A stretch of 64,000 bases of DNA, from positions 1-64,000 of the IMG/VR virus record IMGVR_UViG_3300031813_000006; one strand, given 5' to 3'. Below the pieces are notes generated by a model. It made no database searches, was not told where the DNA came from, and worked only from the letters and a program-made list of their open reading frames with translations. The DNA is from a virus. Its lineage: Duplodnaviria; Caudoviricetes. Both the position numbers and the translations under genes were made by a program. Positions 1-9,135 of this stretch are shown here, piece after piece (positions within the stretch are counted from its first letter, which is position 1; every line of letters starts with the position of its first letter).

Positions 1-6
1 AATTGT

Positions 7-591
7 ATGAAACAACTATTAATTAAACTAGAAGCTTGTGAAGAAGCCTTAGAATGGGCTGGTGACAAGACATGGGAAGAGATTTACAACACCTGTCACA
101 GAGGTGATTGGTTGCTATGGTTGCACGACAGAACCAACAGAGAAGACTTACAAGTTAGAACACTTGCCAAAGGCCATTGTGCTAATACAGTAAGACCCCT
201 CATGACAGATGATACAAGTCTAAAAGCTGTTGATACAGCAATTGCATTTGGTGAAGGTAGAGCTACATTGCAAGAACTAGATGCTGCGGCTAATGCTGCT
301 TATTCTGCTGCGGCAGCGGAGGCTATGGCTTATGCTGCTTATGCTGCTTATGCTGCGGCAGAGGCTGCGAAGGCTGCTAGTGCTGCTGATGCTGCTTATG
401 CTGCTGCTTATGCTGCTGTTTATGTTGCTGCTGATGATGATGCTTATGTTGCTGCTGATGATGATGCTTATGTTGCTTCTTGTGCAGGAATTAAAAATCA
501 AAAAGACACAGCCGATATTGTCCGTAGATATATACCAATTGAACTATGGAATGTTCAAAAAATGATTGATGAAGTTAACAAACAAATCTAA
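7..591 (+). CDS. Phage hypothetical protein with Ala-rich low-complexity insert
   Basis: 194 aa ORF; globular N-terminus (ACEEALEW..RGDWLLWL) followed by AAYAA repeats. Confidence 0.8.
   Translation: MKQLLIKLEACEEALEWAGDKTWEEIYNTCHRGDWLLWLHDRTNREDLQVRTLAKGHCANTVRPLMTDDTSLKAVDTAIAFGEGRATLQELDAAANAAYSAAAAEAMAYAAYAAYAAAEAAKAASAADAAYAAAYAAVYVAADDDAYVAADDDAYVASCAGIKNQKDTADIVRRYIPIELWNVQKMIDEVNKQI
283..477 (+). repeat. Coding GCT-rich microsatellite, incl. tandem 24-nt unit TATGTTGCTGCTGATGATGATGCT x2 (421-468)
   Basis: Directly visible (gct)n/gcttatgct repeats encoding the Ala/Tyr/Asp tract. Confidence 0.85.
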
Positions 592-595
592 AAAC

Positions 596-907
596 ATGAA
601 AGAACTACAAGATATAGACTGCAATTGCAACGATTGTACCTTCATGCGTAGGGATTTGGATAAATATAAAGCCTCAAAGCAATGGCACGAGAAGTTGCAA
701 AAGGAATATTTTGAAACAATGACCGAGAAGCTGGGGATTAAAAATAAGCAGTTTCAATTTGAAAACACGGCTTATGTACACTTTGGATTTTGCTTGCGAT
801 TCAACAAAGAAGTAAGTTTTATACCTAATGTTTGTCAGATAGAAAATCAAAAATGTTTCATTAACAGAAAAGATAAGACCAATGAAAATAATAATAAAAA
901 CGGATAA
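596..907 (+). CDS. Cys-rich hypothetical protein
   Basis: ORF 566..907, likely start MKELQDIDCNCNDC; several Cys. Confidence 0.65.
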   Translation: MKELQDIDCNCNDCTFMRRDLDKYKASKQWHEKLQKEYFETMTEKLGIKNKQFQFENTAYVHFGFCLRFNKEVSFIPNVCQIENQKCFINRKDKTNENNNKNG

Positions 908-933
908 CGTACATTTTTAAAAGGAGGTAAACA

Positions 934-1284
934 ATGGAAAATAATTGTAAAACTTGCAAATTTGATATAAAATTTGAATTTGAAGAACCTTGCAAAACTT
1001 GCATAAACGTCACTTACTTATCAAGTTTTGGAAATGTTTCAACCCAATGGCAACCCAAAGAAGAAAAACCTTTAAAAGGCAATCTTATTCACCACAAACC
1101 TCACGTTTTAGGTAATCATAAGCCAAAAAAAGAAACACCCAAGCCAATTACCTACACAAGGGAGGAAGTGTTGGAGTTGATGCGTGAGGCTTATGATGAA
1201 GGTTATTCACATGAAGATAATATGTCTTGTAAAACAATACTTGACAATTTTGACAAACTTAAAAACCAAAAAGAAGATGCCTAA
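934..1284 (+). CDS. Hypothetical protein with CxxC pairs
   Basis: 116 aa; CKTC..CKTC; AGGAGG upstream. Confidence 0.7.
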   Translation: MENNCKTCKFDIKFEFEEPCKTCINVTYLSSFGNVSTQWQPKEEKPLKGNLIHHKPHVLGNHKPKKETPKPITYTREEVLELMREAYDEGYSHEDNMSCKTILDNFDKLKNQKEDA

Positions 1285-1664
1285 ATTTAAAGTGGTTAAA
1301 ACGTATTCTAAAGGCTTAGAAAACGATAAGCATGGTAGATGGTCCAGAACTGTTTACGCCGGTAACTTAAACCCTCAAAAATTTACTGACTTTTTAGGAT
1401 TATACACCATAGCCCACATTAAGAAGTTGAACGGCTATCAAGAAGGTTATGATAAAAATGGCAAGTTTTATTTTAATGGTAAATTCATTGTCACATACCA
1501 ATTTCCAAACAACAATAGTAACGACTTAGTGTTTGACTCAGTAGAACAGGCTATAAGGACAATTAAAAGGAAGTTTAGCAAGTTCATCAAAGACTTAACT
1601 AAAAAAGTAATTATATGAATAACAAATGAACATTACAAGAATTTGACAAACTTAAAAACCAAAA
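1249..1664 (+). repeat. 23-nt direct repeat TTTGACAAACTTAAAAACCAAAA at 1249-1271 and 1642-1664
   Basis: Exact match read by eye; each copy lies just upstream of an ATG. Confidence 0.85.
1277..1618 (+). CDS. Hypothetical protein
   Basis: ORF 1184..1618; likely start MPKFKVV at 1277 overlapping the previous stop. Confidence 0.65.
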   Translation: MPKFKVVKTYSKGLENDKHGRWSRTVYAGNLNPQKFTDFLGLYTIAHIKKLNGYQEGYDKNGKFYFNGKFIVTYQFPNNNSNDLVFDSVEQAIRTIKRKFSKFIKDLTKKVII

Positions 1665-1667
1665 GAA

Positions 1668-1931
1668 ATGATTGACAAAAAAGAACAAGAAAATAAGGCA
1701 TTTGGTAATTGGTTATTAGGTGTTATTATGGGTGCAGGATTCGCAACATTCTTATGGTGTATATGTTACAATCCACATATATCTAATACTGAGACAGTAA
1801 AATCAGTTGAAGAATGGTCCAACGGTTATTATAAAGTAGAACTTAAAAACAATTTTGTCAAAATTTTGATAAAGCAGAGAGATTACAAAGTAGGTGACAC
1901 GTTAATAATAACAAACAAATCTAAAAAATGA
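1668..1931 (+). CDS. Small membrane-anchored hypothetical protein
   Basis: N-terminal hydrophobic helix WLLGVIMGAGFATFLWCIC. Confidence 0.7.
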   Translation: MIDKKEQENKAFGNWLLGVIMGAGFATFLWCICYNPHISNTETVKSVEEWSNGYYKVELKNNFVKILIKQRDYKVGDTLIITNKSKK

Positions 1932-2110
1932 AAGAGTTAACAATATATGAATTTCAAGCAAAAGACATTGAGGATTGTCTAAGACTATGTGCAAGGGCAT
2001 TAGGTTCAAAAGATAAAAAAACTTGCTTAGATAGAGATGTAATGCAAGCTTGGACAACTATTCAAAATGTAATAGCAGGTAAAAAAGATGAAAGAGTACC
2101 ACGTTTATAA
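1928..2110 (+). CDS. Hypothetical protein
   Basis: 60 aa ORF, start overlaps the upstream stop (ATGA). Confidence 0.65.
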   Translation: MKELTIYEFQAKDIEDCLRLCARALGSKDKKTCLDRDVMQAWTTIQNVIAGKKDERVPRL

Positions 2111-2168
2111 AACAAAATGAAATGAAAAAATTTACAATTGAAATCAACTACATTAAATTTTAAAAATT

Positions 2169-2402
2169 ATGATACAATTGATACAGGCTTTCTGCTCATT
2201 GTTCTACAGATCTAAACAATGGAGCAAGTGGGAACATGTCTATTATTTTATGATAGTAGATAGTTTATTTTCAGGAAATGTAAAAACTTATGAGCTATTA
2301 AAGAGTACTGAACTCAGAACAGGAATGGTTAGATACACAAAAGTATTTGTAGCCAAGGCAAATTGTGATCTTAATAGTCAACTAAATCAAATTAATTTAT
2401 GA
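2169..2402 (+). CDS. Hypothetical protein
   Basis: 77 aa ORF in tightly packed operon. Confidence 0.6.
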   Translation: MIQLIQAFCSLFYRSKQWSKWEHVYYFMIVDSLFSGNVKTYELLKSTELRTGMVRYTKVFVAKANCDLNSQLNQINL

Positions 2403-2512
2403 TTTTATTAGATGGTATGGATTGGTTTACTAATAGCCCTCCGGTTGTTCAAGCTATATTAATAGCTTTATTTCTGATATTTATATATAATTTAAAAAAA
2501 GAAGATGAATAA
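2399..2512 (+). CDS. Small membrane peptide (37 aa, not in ORF track)
   Basis: MILLDGMDWFTNSPPVVQAILIALFLIFIYNLKKEDE; fills the gap and overlaps both neighbours. Confidence 0.5.
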   Translation: MILLDGMDWFTNSPPVVQAILIALFLIFIYNLKKEDE

Positions 2513-2792
2513 AGAAGAAAAAAAGTTTTTTAAGAAATCAATTTTGCATTTTGGAACAGATGTCCAAATGACCATGTGTATTGAGGAATGTGCTGAATTA
2601 ATACAAGCAATTTCTAAATTCAAAAGAGGTAAGAAAAATGCTATTGATAATTTATTAGAAGAAATTGCAGATGTGCAAATCATGTTAGATCAAATGAAAC
2701 TAATGTTTGATAATGATGATGAAAGAATTTCTTTAATTAGAACTCAAAAGTTAAACCGTTTAAAATCTATTATAGATGATCAGAATAAGTAG
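2505..2792 (+). CDS. MazG-like nucleotide pyrophosphohydrolase
   Basis: EECAELIQAISK...LLEEIADV all-alpha NTP-PPase motif (EExxE...EExxD). Confidence 0.85.
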   Translation: MNKEEKKFFKKSILHFGTDVQMTMCIEECAELIQAISKFKRGKKNAIDNLLEEIADVQIMLDQMKLMFDNDDERISLIRTQKLNRLKSIIDDQNK

Positions 2793-3030
2793 AAAATCTC
2801 CAATTACAGGAAAAACTCATGTTAAGGATATGGATATTACCATTGAACAATATGAGGATTGGAAAAACGGTATGTTAGCTCAATTAGCTTTTCCTGATTT
2901 AAATGCTGATGATAGAGAGTTTATCATCACAGGTATTACACCTGAAGAGTTTAGAATGCTAGAAGATGAAGAAGATGGTGATTGTAACCATACTCATGTA
3001 GCAGAAGAAAATGAAGATATTGAAGACTAA
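2776..3030 (+). CDS. Phage hypothetical protein
   Basis: SPITGK...AFPDLNADDREFIITGITPEE resembles a small family widespread in phages. Confidence 0.7.
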   Translation: MIRISRKSPITGKTHVKDMDITIEQYEDWKNGMLAQLAFPDLNADDREFIITGITPEEFRMLEDEEDGDCNHTHVAEENEDIED

Positions 3031-3244
3031 AACTAATATTATGGCAATTAAAAGTAAAAAAGAAATTGAAAATTTTATTAAGAATCATAAAAAGGATCTT
3101 GCTATTAAATCTGTAGAAGAGAAGGAATTGAGTGTTTACTATACCTACTTTATTGGTGGAGATTTGTATAGGGTTAAATACTCCAGGACCAATTCTAATT
3201 ATGATAAAATAGAAGGTATTGATCTTATCATTCCTTTAAGCTAA
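3011..3244 (+). CDS. Hypothetical protein
   Basis: ORF coupled to neighbours; start may be MAIKS at 3041. Confidence 0.6.
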   Translation: MKILKTKTNIMAIKSKKEIENFIKNHKKDLAIKSVEEKELSVYYTYFIGGDLYRVKYSRTNSNYDKIEGIDLIIPLS

Positions 3245-3435
3245 TGGCTTATTTAGAAACAACAGAAACTGGGATGGATTATGAAAGTTATATAACCGGG
3301 CCACAAGGTGCTCATTATATACTCTATCCTAATCCATCTCATTGTAAACATTGTATTAATTATGCTAAATGGTGGATAAGACATAATCTTGATGCCGTTA
3401 GTATTAAAATTAGAAAAGATGAAAACAGAATATAA
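3244..3435 (+). CDS. Hypothetical protein
   Basis: 63 aa, TAATG coupling, HCKHC. Confidence 0.6.
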   Translation: MAYLETTETGMDYESYITGPQGAHYILYPNPSHCKHCINYAKWWIRHNLDAVSIKIRKDENRI

Positions 3436-4108
3436 GACAGAGAATTTTAAACTTGAGATTTTACAACATGAAGATCCTAGATCTCCTAGAGAAGATTGTG
3501 ATAGATTATTAGGTAAAATGATGTGTTTTCATAAACGTTATATTTTAGGAGATCAGCATGATTATAAGCATGCAGATTATAACTCCTGGGCAGAAATGAG
3601 AAAAGCAATCATTAAGAATGAGGGAGATGTATTGATTATCAAAGACTTATACTTATATGATCACAGCGGTATTACAATAAGTACAGCACCTTTTACAGAT
3701 CCTTGGGATTCAGGTCAAATAGGTTTTATTATTGCCAAGAAATCTAAAGTAAGAGAGTTAATGGGTGTTGAAAGAATTTCAGACCAAATGGAACATAAAG
3801 TTTCATTGTCATTGGAAGATGAAGTTAAAACTTATGATGAGTTTATTAAAGGTAATGTTTATGGTTTTAAACTTTATGAAATTGTCAATGGTCATCAAAG
3901 AGAACTAAATTCTTGTTGGGGATTTTATGGTAATAATATTATTAAAAATGGCATTTTTGATAATATTTCTCATATTAAGGAACTTGCCGATTTAATTAAT
4001 CCACCTAAAGTTGAGGTAAAAGAAAAGATAAAAGTTCCTAAATTTAAGGCCCCTAAAAAACCAAAAGAACCTAAAAAGAAAAAAAATGAACAACTCTCAA
4101 TGTTCTAG
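3419..4108 (+). CDS. Conserved phage/mobile-element hypothetical protein
   Basis: YLYDHSGITIST..WDSGQIGFI..SCWGFYG motifs; Lys-rich tail. Confidence 0.75.
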   Translation: MKTEYKTENFKLEILQHEDPRSPREDCDRLLGKMMCFHKRYILGDQHDYKHADYNSWAEMRKAIIKNEGDVLIIKDLYLYDHSGITISTAPFTDPWDSGQIGFIIAKKSKVRELMGVERISDQMEHKVSLSLEDEVKTYDEFIKGNVYGFKLYEIVNGHQRELNSCWGFYGNNIIKNGIFDNISHIKELADLINPPKVEVKEKIKVPKFKAPKKPKEPKKKKNEQLSMF

Positions 4109-4340
4109 ATGTGGAAATACATTCTCAGAAGGATTAGTTAATCCATTTGCTACAAGTGACGGATTACAAATAATATGTCCAATATGTGCTTTAAAGGCAC
4201 GGAATGAATTATTAGGTCTTCCAGAAGATAAACCTTTTTACGGTGAATTCTCTAGAAAACTATATGAAACAGCATTAGAAGAACTAAAACTTAAACAAAA
4301 TGGTAAAGAAAAAGAGAAAAATTCAGAACAAAGCACATAA
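4086..4340 (+). CDS. Zn-finger hypothetical protein
   Basis: CSRC...CPIC. Confidence 0.65.
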   Translation: MNNSQCSRCGNTFSEGLVNPFATSDGLQIICPICALKARNELLGLPEDKPFYGEFSRKLYETALEELKLKQNGKEKEKNSEQST

Positions 4341-4701
4341 GTCTGCAGTAATTAAACCTATTACCGCTTTATTAACTGATACTGAAAAAAAAGCTTTGAG
4401 GTATAATACAGGTAAACGTAAGTGGTCTTTAGTACACTTTAAATCTTTAGAACCAATGATTGAGGTTTTGGAGTATGGTGCTAAAAAATATACACATACT
4501 CTTCCATCAGGAGAAGTTATCTCTGGGGCCCATAATTGGAAAAAAGGTCTTGTTAAAGAAGAATTGTTAGAATCTATGATGAGGCATTTAAGTGCTCTTA
4601 TAGATGGGCAAGAAACAGACCCAGAATCTGGTCTAAGTCATGTTGGACATATAATGTGTAATACAATGTTCTATAATTATCATTTTGGTGATAAAAATTA
4701 G
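4300..4701 (+). CDS. dATP/dGTP diphosphohydrolase domain protein (DUF5664-like)
   Basis: RYNTGKRKWSL...YGAKKY...NWKKG...MRHL...DPESGLSHVGHIMCN signature. Confidence 0.85.
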   Translation: MVKKKRKIQNKAHKSAVIKPITALLTDTEKKALRYNTGKRKWSLVHFKSLEPMIEVLEYGAKKYTHTLPSGEVISGAHNWKKGLVKEELLESMMRHLSALIDGQETDPESGLSHVGHIMCNTMFYNYHFGDKN

Positions 4702-4732
4702 TAATTTTGCACCTTAACCAAAACTTAAGAAT

Positions 4733-4855
4733 ATGCGTAAATTAGTGATTATCAGTTTGTTAATTAGTATTTCAATGATGATTGATAGCTGTAGAGCTCA
4801 TAAAGGTCAAAGAAAATATATGGTTAAACAGGTTGATTCTATAAAAGGTAGTTAA
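4733..4855 (+). CDS. Small putative lipoprotein (40 aa, not in ORF track)
   Basis: MRKLVIISLLISISMMIDS-C-RAHKG: basic N-terminus, hydrophobic core, Cys at position 20; TAATTTTG element at 4702-4709. Confidence 0.55.
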   Translation: MRKLVIISLLISISMMIDSCRAHKGQRKYMVKQVDSIKGS

Positions 4856-4879
4856 TCCACGGCTTAAATCCATTTTGAA

Positions 4880-5095
4880 ATGATTATAGGTTTGACAGTT
4901 ATCCTAGGGTTTGTAATAGTAGCCTTCTGGACTTGGGAATCACACCCTAAAGAAACGTGCGTTTCATGTGATAAACAATTTAATAAGAAAGATATAAAGT
5001 GTTTCCATACAATTATCAACACCAAAATCTATTTCTGTAAAGATTGTTATGAGGATATAACATTAAATTTAAAAGAAAAAAACAATGAACTCTAA
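4880..5095 (+). CDS. Membrane-anchored Zn-finger small protein
   Basis: N-terminal TM helix; CVSC...CKDC. Confidence 0.65.
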   Translation: MIIGLTVILGFVIVAFWTWESHPKETCVSCDKQFNKKDIKCFHTIINTKIYFCKDCYEDITLNLKEKNNEL

Positions 5096-5348
5096 GAAAG
5101 AATCACCAAAGAATAAAGGTCATTTTAATAAGAATTTGGCTGGAGTAAATGAAGTTGCTGAACGTGCGGCATTACATGTAGAAATTAACTTACATAAAGT
5201 AAGAAAAGTAGATTTTTCTAAAAATGAGAAAGAAAAAGTAGAAGCGCACAATGCTAAACTTGAATGGAAAAGGCATATGAGGCGTTTGAATCCTTCTTTT
5301 AAGTCAAAACAACATAAATATTTTTTAGCAGCTACCATTAATGGCTAA
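5085..5348 (+). CDS. Basic hypothetical protein
   Basis: 87 aa ORF coupled to neighbours. Confidence 0.65.
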   Translation: MNSKKESPKNKGHFNKNLAGVNEVAERAALHVEINLHKVRKVDFSKNEKEKVEAHNAKLEWKRHMRRLNPSFKSKQHKYFLAATING

Positions 5349-5808
5349 TTATCATACATTAGAAATAAGTCATCAACATATTAAAGATATCCTATTAAAA
5401 GCACTCACAAAAGGTAAAACAGAAAATGCAGACTCAATTAGTGATGTTATAATAGGATATCTTAATAGAACTGACTCAGGTATAAGAGACTTAACTCTTG
5501 CTTTTTTAGGTAGTGATTTTACACCTAAATACAAAGTTGGAGATCAAGTTATGGTTAAATTAAATCATTTACACACTTGGAGATTTAATACCAGTTACAC
5601 AAGAGACGCTAATTTAGTAAATGAGAATGATGAAATAGAAATTAACATTACTAATATAGATAAATATGTTAAAGATATCTATTCATATACCGTAAGAGTC
5701 ATGTCAGATAAAAATGAACTTCTGGATGTTACCGGTTCTATTTCACAAGAAAGTATAATAGATATAAAGAAAATAGTTAAACCTAGAAATTTAGATGATT
5801 TAAGATGA
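5341..5808 (+). CDS. Hypothetical protein
   Basis: 155 aa; KYKVGDQV SH3/KOW-like strand. Confidence 0.7.
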   Translation: MANYHTLEISHQHIKDILLKALTKGKTENADSISDVIIGYLNRTDSGIRDLTLAFLGSDFTPKYKVGDQVMVKLNHLHTWRFNTSYTRDANLVNENDEIEINITNIDKYVKDIYSYTVRVMSDKNELLDVTGSISQESIIDIKKIVKPRNLDDLR

Positions 5809-6017
5809 AATTGAAAGATTTATTTAAGAAGAAGAAAGCAAAAGAGTTACATGCAAGAAATGTAAAACCTGTCTATTTAAGTACTTTTCATGACTTCAAA
5901 GATGAGGTTATTGAAAGGTTCCTAAAGATTGAAAGTCTGGTTTTGGTTCTATTATATGGACTTGGGATTGTATTTATACTATCATTTATAACAATATTCT
6001 TGTTAATTAAACATTAA
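5805..6017 (+). CDS. Small membrane protein
   Basis: C-terminal hydrophobic helix. Confidence 0.65.
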   Translation: MKLKDLFKKKKAKELHARNVKPVYLSTFHDFKDEVIERFLKIESLVLVLLYGLGIVFILSFITIFLLIKH

Positions 6018-6033
6018 TCAGTACCTTTATTAT

Positions 6034-6291
6034 GTGATTTACCAATTAAGCAATGGCAGATGTGTCAATATGACAATAGATGAATACCTCAATCTAACAG
6101 ATGAAGAGGTAGAATTCTTAATTGCTTATGAATATGGTGAACCTATTAATGATGCTTTCCACGGTAGTATTCTAAGAGATAAGCCTCAAAAGAAAGATAA
6201 TGAAGAACCACCGGACCCAATAAAAGAATTACCTGAAGTAACACCTTTAGAAAGGTTTCAGGATCAAGATATACCTAATGAGCATGAGTGA
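6034..6291 (+). CDS. Hypothetical protein
   Basis: MIYQLSNGRCV.MTIDEYLNLTDEE; GTG start. Confidence 0.7.
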   Translation: MIYQLSNGRCVNMTIDEYLNLTDEEVEFLIAYEYGEPINDAFHGSILRDKPQKKDNEEPPDPIKELPEVTPLERFQDQDIPNEHE

Positions 6292-6309
6292 TCAAGCTTT
6301 TTTAGTTAT

Positions 6310-6341
6310 GACCCTAGGAATAGTCCTAGGGTCTTTCATTT
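6310..6341 (+). terminator. Stem-loop / probable intrinsic terminator
   Basis: GACCCTAGGA-ATAG-TCCTAGGGTC followed by TTTCATTT. Confidence 0.65.
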
Positions 6342-6355
6342 AAAACCTAATCAAG

Positions 6356-6922
6356 ATGATTAAAGAACAAGTAATGTACCAAGGTAAGCTGGAAAAGTAT
6401 CAACAATTTGGTACTAAACCTAAATATCAACTCTATGAAAGAGATGAATTTAATAGCTATCAGAATTTCTTGTATAAGAGAGTGCTTTTTGGCCTTTCTG
6501 TTTATGAAAAAGATGAGTTAACTGTAATGCACTGGGATAAAAAGAACCGGATTAATAAAGTGCACAAGCATGCTCAGAAAGTAATGAATATCTGGAAGCA
6601 ACAGATAATCAATAATATTACAAATTCTTTCTTAACTACCTATTTTGGTAATAGTTCTTTTGTAAAAGATCTTATTACTAATCATGGTAATACAACAGAT
6701 GATAAATTTGTTAATATAATTGAGTTTAAGAATTTGGGAATCTCTAAAAAGGATATTATCAATAAATTGATTATTGAAAAGATTCTCCCGCACAATTTTT
6801 ATAAATTAAAACCGCTCAAAAAAGATGGCAATCTCAGCAGAAAGCACCTTGACTACAGATTATTCAAATTTAAACAACGCACAGTTAGTGTTTCTCTATC
6901 TACAGAATCAAATATTCTATAG
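6356..6922 (+). CDS. Hypothetical protein
   Basis: 188 aa ORF. Confidence 0.75.
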   Translation: MIKEQVMYQGKLEKYQQFGTKPKYQLYERDEFNSYQNFLYKRVLFGLSVYEKDELTVMHWDKKNRINKVHKHAQKVMNIWKQQIINNITNSFLTTYFGNSSFVKDLITNHGNTTDDKFVNIIEFKNLGISKKDIINKLIIEKILPHNFYKLKPLKKDGNLSRKHLDYRLFKFKQRTVSVSLSTESNIL

Positions 6923-7196
6923 TGTCCATGCTGAAATTCTTGAAAAAGGTGGTATGACTAAAAGAATATATTCACCTTTTTTTGGAGAACATAAGGTGTT
7001 TTCACCTTGTACTGATGAGTATATTGAATATATTAAGAATGATCTTAGGTACAAAATCTCTAAAGAGATCAATGATAAGTTAGGTCCTATTGTTGATTTA
7101 ATAAAAGATGGAGACCCTAAATTATTTGAGGAAGTTAGTAATTGTTTTAAAAGTAATGATGATGATTACAAAGAAGAAAAAATGCGAGGGTTGTAA
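6825..7196 (+). CDS. Hypothetical protein
   Basis: 123 aa ORF overlapping upstream gene. Confidence 0.6.
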   Translation: MAISAESTLTTDYSNLNNAQLVFLYLQNQIFYSVHAEILEKGGMTKRIYSPFFGEHKVFSPCTDEYIEYIKNDLRYKISKEINDKLGPIVDLIKDGDPKLFEEVSNCFKSNDDDYKEEKMRGL

Positions 7197-7590
7197 TGAA
7201 ATGCAATATATTTGGAAACGCGTTGCAGGAAAACCCTATTGTAAAACTTGTAGTTCTAAAGCTACCGGAGTTGCCAAGTCTGGTGAATCTAAACCAAAAG
7301 TTCAATATAGGATTCCTGCACGTTCTTCCAAACAAGCTAAATTAGAAGCAGCTTATACTGTACTCAGAAACGCCTATTTAAAAAAGCACCCTTCATGTGA
7401 AGCAAAACTCCCTGGTTGTTCTATAACAGCCGGGGAGATTCATCATTCAAAAGGAAGAGGTGAATATTTATTAGATGATACTACTTTTAAAGCAGTATGT
7501 AGAACATGTCATATGTGGATTGAAACACATCCTATAGAAGCAAAAGAATTAGGTTTATCACAATCAAGATTAGAAAAAAATGACATTTAA
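7156..7590 (+). CDS. HNH-family nuclease with Zn-finger (NinG-like)
   Basis: CEGC..CKTC; CEAKLPGC..EIHHSKGR..VCRTCHMWI. Confidence 0.75.
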   Translation: MMMITKKKKCEGCNEMQYIWKRVAGKPYCKTCSSKATGVAKSGESKPKVQYRIPARSSKQAKLEAAYTVLRNAYLKKHPSCEAKLPGCSITAGEIHHSKGRGEYLLDDTTFKAVCRTCHMWIETHPIEAKELGLSQSRLEKNDI

Positions 7591-7792
7591 ACCAGGAGAT
7601 AAAGTAAATTATGTACCTTCTCATTTATTAGATGATTACGATATAGAAGATATGGAACCAGGAGTAGTAACAAGTGTAAATGATAAATATGTATTTGTTA
7701 GGTTTCATATGAAAGAAAAAGGTATTTTTACTGATAAATTTAGATTTACATCAATAGCGTGTAATCCAGAAAACTTATTTCCAAGAACTTAA
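7580..7792 (+). CDS. Small SH3-like hypothetical protein
   Basis: FKPGDKVNY..GVVTSVNDKYVFVRF. Confidence 0.65.
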   Translation: MTFKPGDKVNYVPSHLLDDYDIEDMEPGVVTSVNDKYVFVRFHMKEKGIFTDKFRFTSIACNPENLFPRT

Positions 7793-7795
7793 TTT

Positions 7796-8869
7796 ATGGA
7801 TAAACAAGAGATACAACAATTAGCATTAAACTCTCTTCTTCCCCATAAGCGGGCAGGAGTTTGCATATCTATGGGAGTAGGAAAAACTCTATTAGGTTTA
7901 ATGCATATGGAAAAATTCTATACAGATTACTTAAAAGTTTTAGTAGTGGCGCCTAAACTTTCTGTATTTGAATCTTGGAAAGATGAAATAGTGAAATTTA
8001 AAAAAGACATTCTTCTTGATCATATTAATTTTACCACTTATCTATCTTTAAATAAAGAACCTCTTGATTATGATATTGTTTATCTTGATGAATCACACAA
8101 TATTAAAGAGAGTCATGAAGAATGGTTAAGTAATTATGATGGTAGGATTGTAGGTTTAACAGGAACTCCTTCTAGAGATTTTAAAAGATTAGAACTTGCT
8201 GATGAGTATTTCCCTACTTGTTACACTTATTTAATTGATGATGCTGTAGCAGACGGTCTTTTAAATGATTATAGAATCTTTGTTCATACATTGAAATTAG
8301 ATACCAATACCAATATTAGAAAAGAATCTAAAAATGGTAAAGTATGGTACACTTCTGAAAAAGCTGAATATGATTATTGGAATAGACAATTACTTAACGC
8401 ATCTAGTGGTAAACAATCTATGATTCTTAGAATTATGAGGATGAAAGCTTTACAGGGATTTCTCAGTAAAGAAAATTTAGCCATAGATTTAATGGAAGAT
8501 ACTCTGAATAAAGTGATAGTTTTTGCTAATACTATGGAACAAGCTGATAGAGTTTGTAAACATAGTGTTCATAGCGGGAATGAAAATTCTGAAGAAAATC
8601 TAAAAGCTTTCAAAGAAGGTAGTATAATGCAATTATCTGCAGTTCTTCAACTTAGTGAGGGAGTCAATATACCTAATTTAAAAGAAGGTATTATAATGCA
8701 CTCTTATGGTAATGAGAAGAAATTTGCTCAAAGATTAGGGCGTATTATGCGTTTGTTTCCTAATGAACTAGCTACCATTCATGTTTTATGCTATGAAAAT
8801 ACTGTAGATGAGGATTGGGTAAATAATTCTTTAGATGATTTTGACCCTAATAAGATTACATGGTTATAA
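7796..8869 (+). CDS. Superfamily 2 (DExH) helicase
   Basis: Walker A MGVGKT, DESH, GLTGT, LSEGVNIP, QRLGRIMR. Confidence 0.9.
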   Translation: MDKQEIQQLALNSLLPHKRAGVCISMGVGKTLLGLMHMEKFYTDYLKVLVVAPKLSVFESWKDEIVKFKKDILLDHINFTTYLSLNKEPLDYDIVYLDESHNIKESHEEWLSNYDGRIVGLTGTPSRDFKRLELADEYFPTCYTYLIDDAVADGLLNDYRIFVHTLKLDTNTNIRKESKNGKVWYTSEKAEYDYWNRQLLNASSGKQSMILRIMRMKALQGFLSKENLAIDLMEDTLNKVIVFANTMEQADRVCKHSVHSGNENSEENLKAFKEGSIMQLSAVLQLSEGVNIPNLKEGIIMHSYGNEKKFAQRLGRIMRLFPNELATIHVLCYENTVDEDWVNNSLDDFDPNKITWL

Positions 8870-9135
8870 TGAAAAATAAAGAAAAAACTCCTCTTGAGAC
8901 TTTAAGAAGATTGAAAATCAATTCTTATTTTAATATTGATAAAACTTATGTTTTAGAATATAAAAAAAAGATAATTATAGCCCCAAATCCTGATCATAAA
9001 TTAGGAACTAGGTTGTATAATCTTATAAAAAGGGAATTTAAAATAGATGAACCTCACCTAAAAAGGTATGATTTTAAAATAAATGGAACTTTGGGAAAAA
9101 GAGCTAAGAGAAAGACTTCAAAGACAAGTTTCTGA
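8860..9135 (+). CDS. Basic hypothetical protein
   Basis: 91 aa ORF. Confidence 0.5.
   Translation: MVIMKNKEKTPLETLRRLKINSYFNIDKTYVLEYKKKIIIAPNPDHKLGTRLYNLIKREFKIDEPHLKRYDFKINGTLGKRAKRKTSKTSF

Noticed and set aside
277-565. ORFs 277..501 (-) and 281..565 (+), Ser/Ile- and Leu/Met-rich
   Set aside because: Alternative-frame shadows of the GCT repeat in gene 7..591
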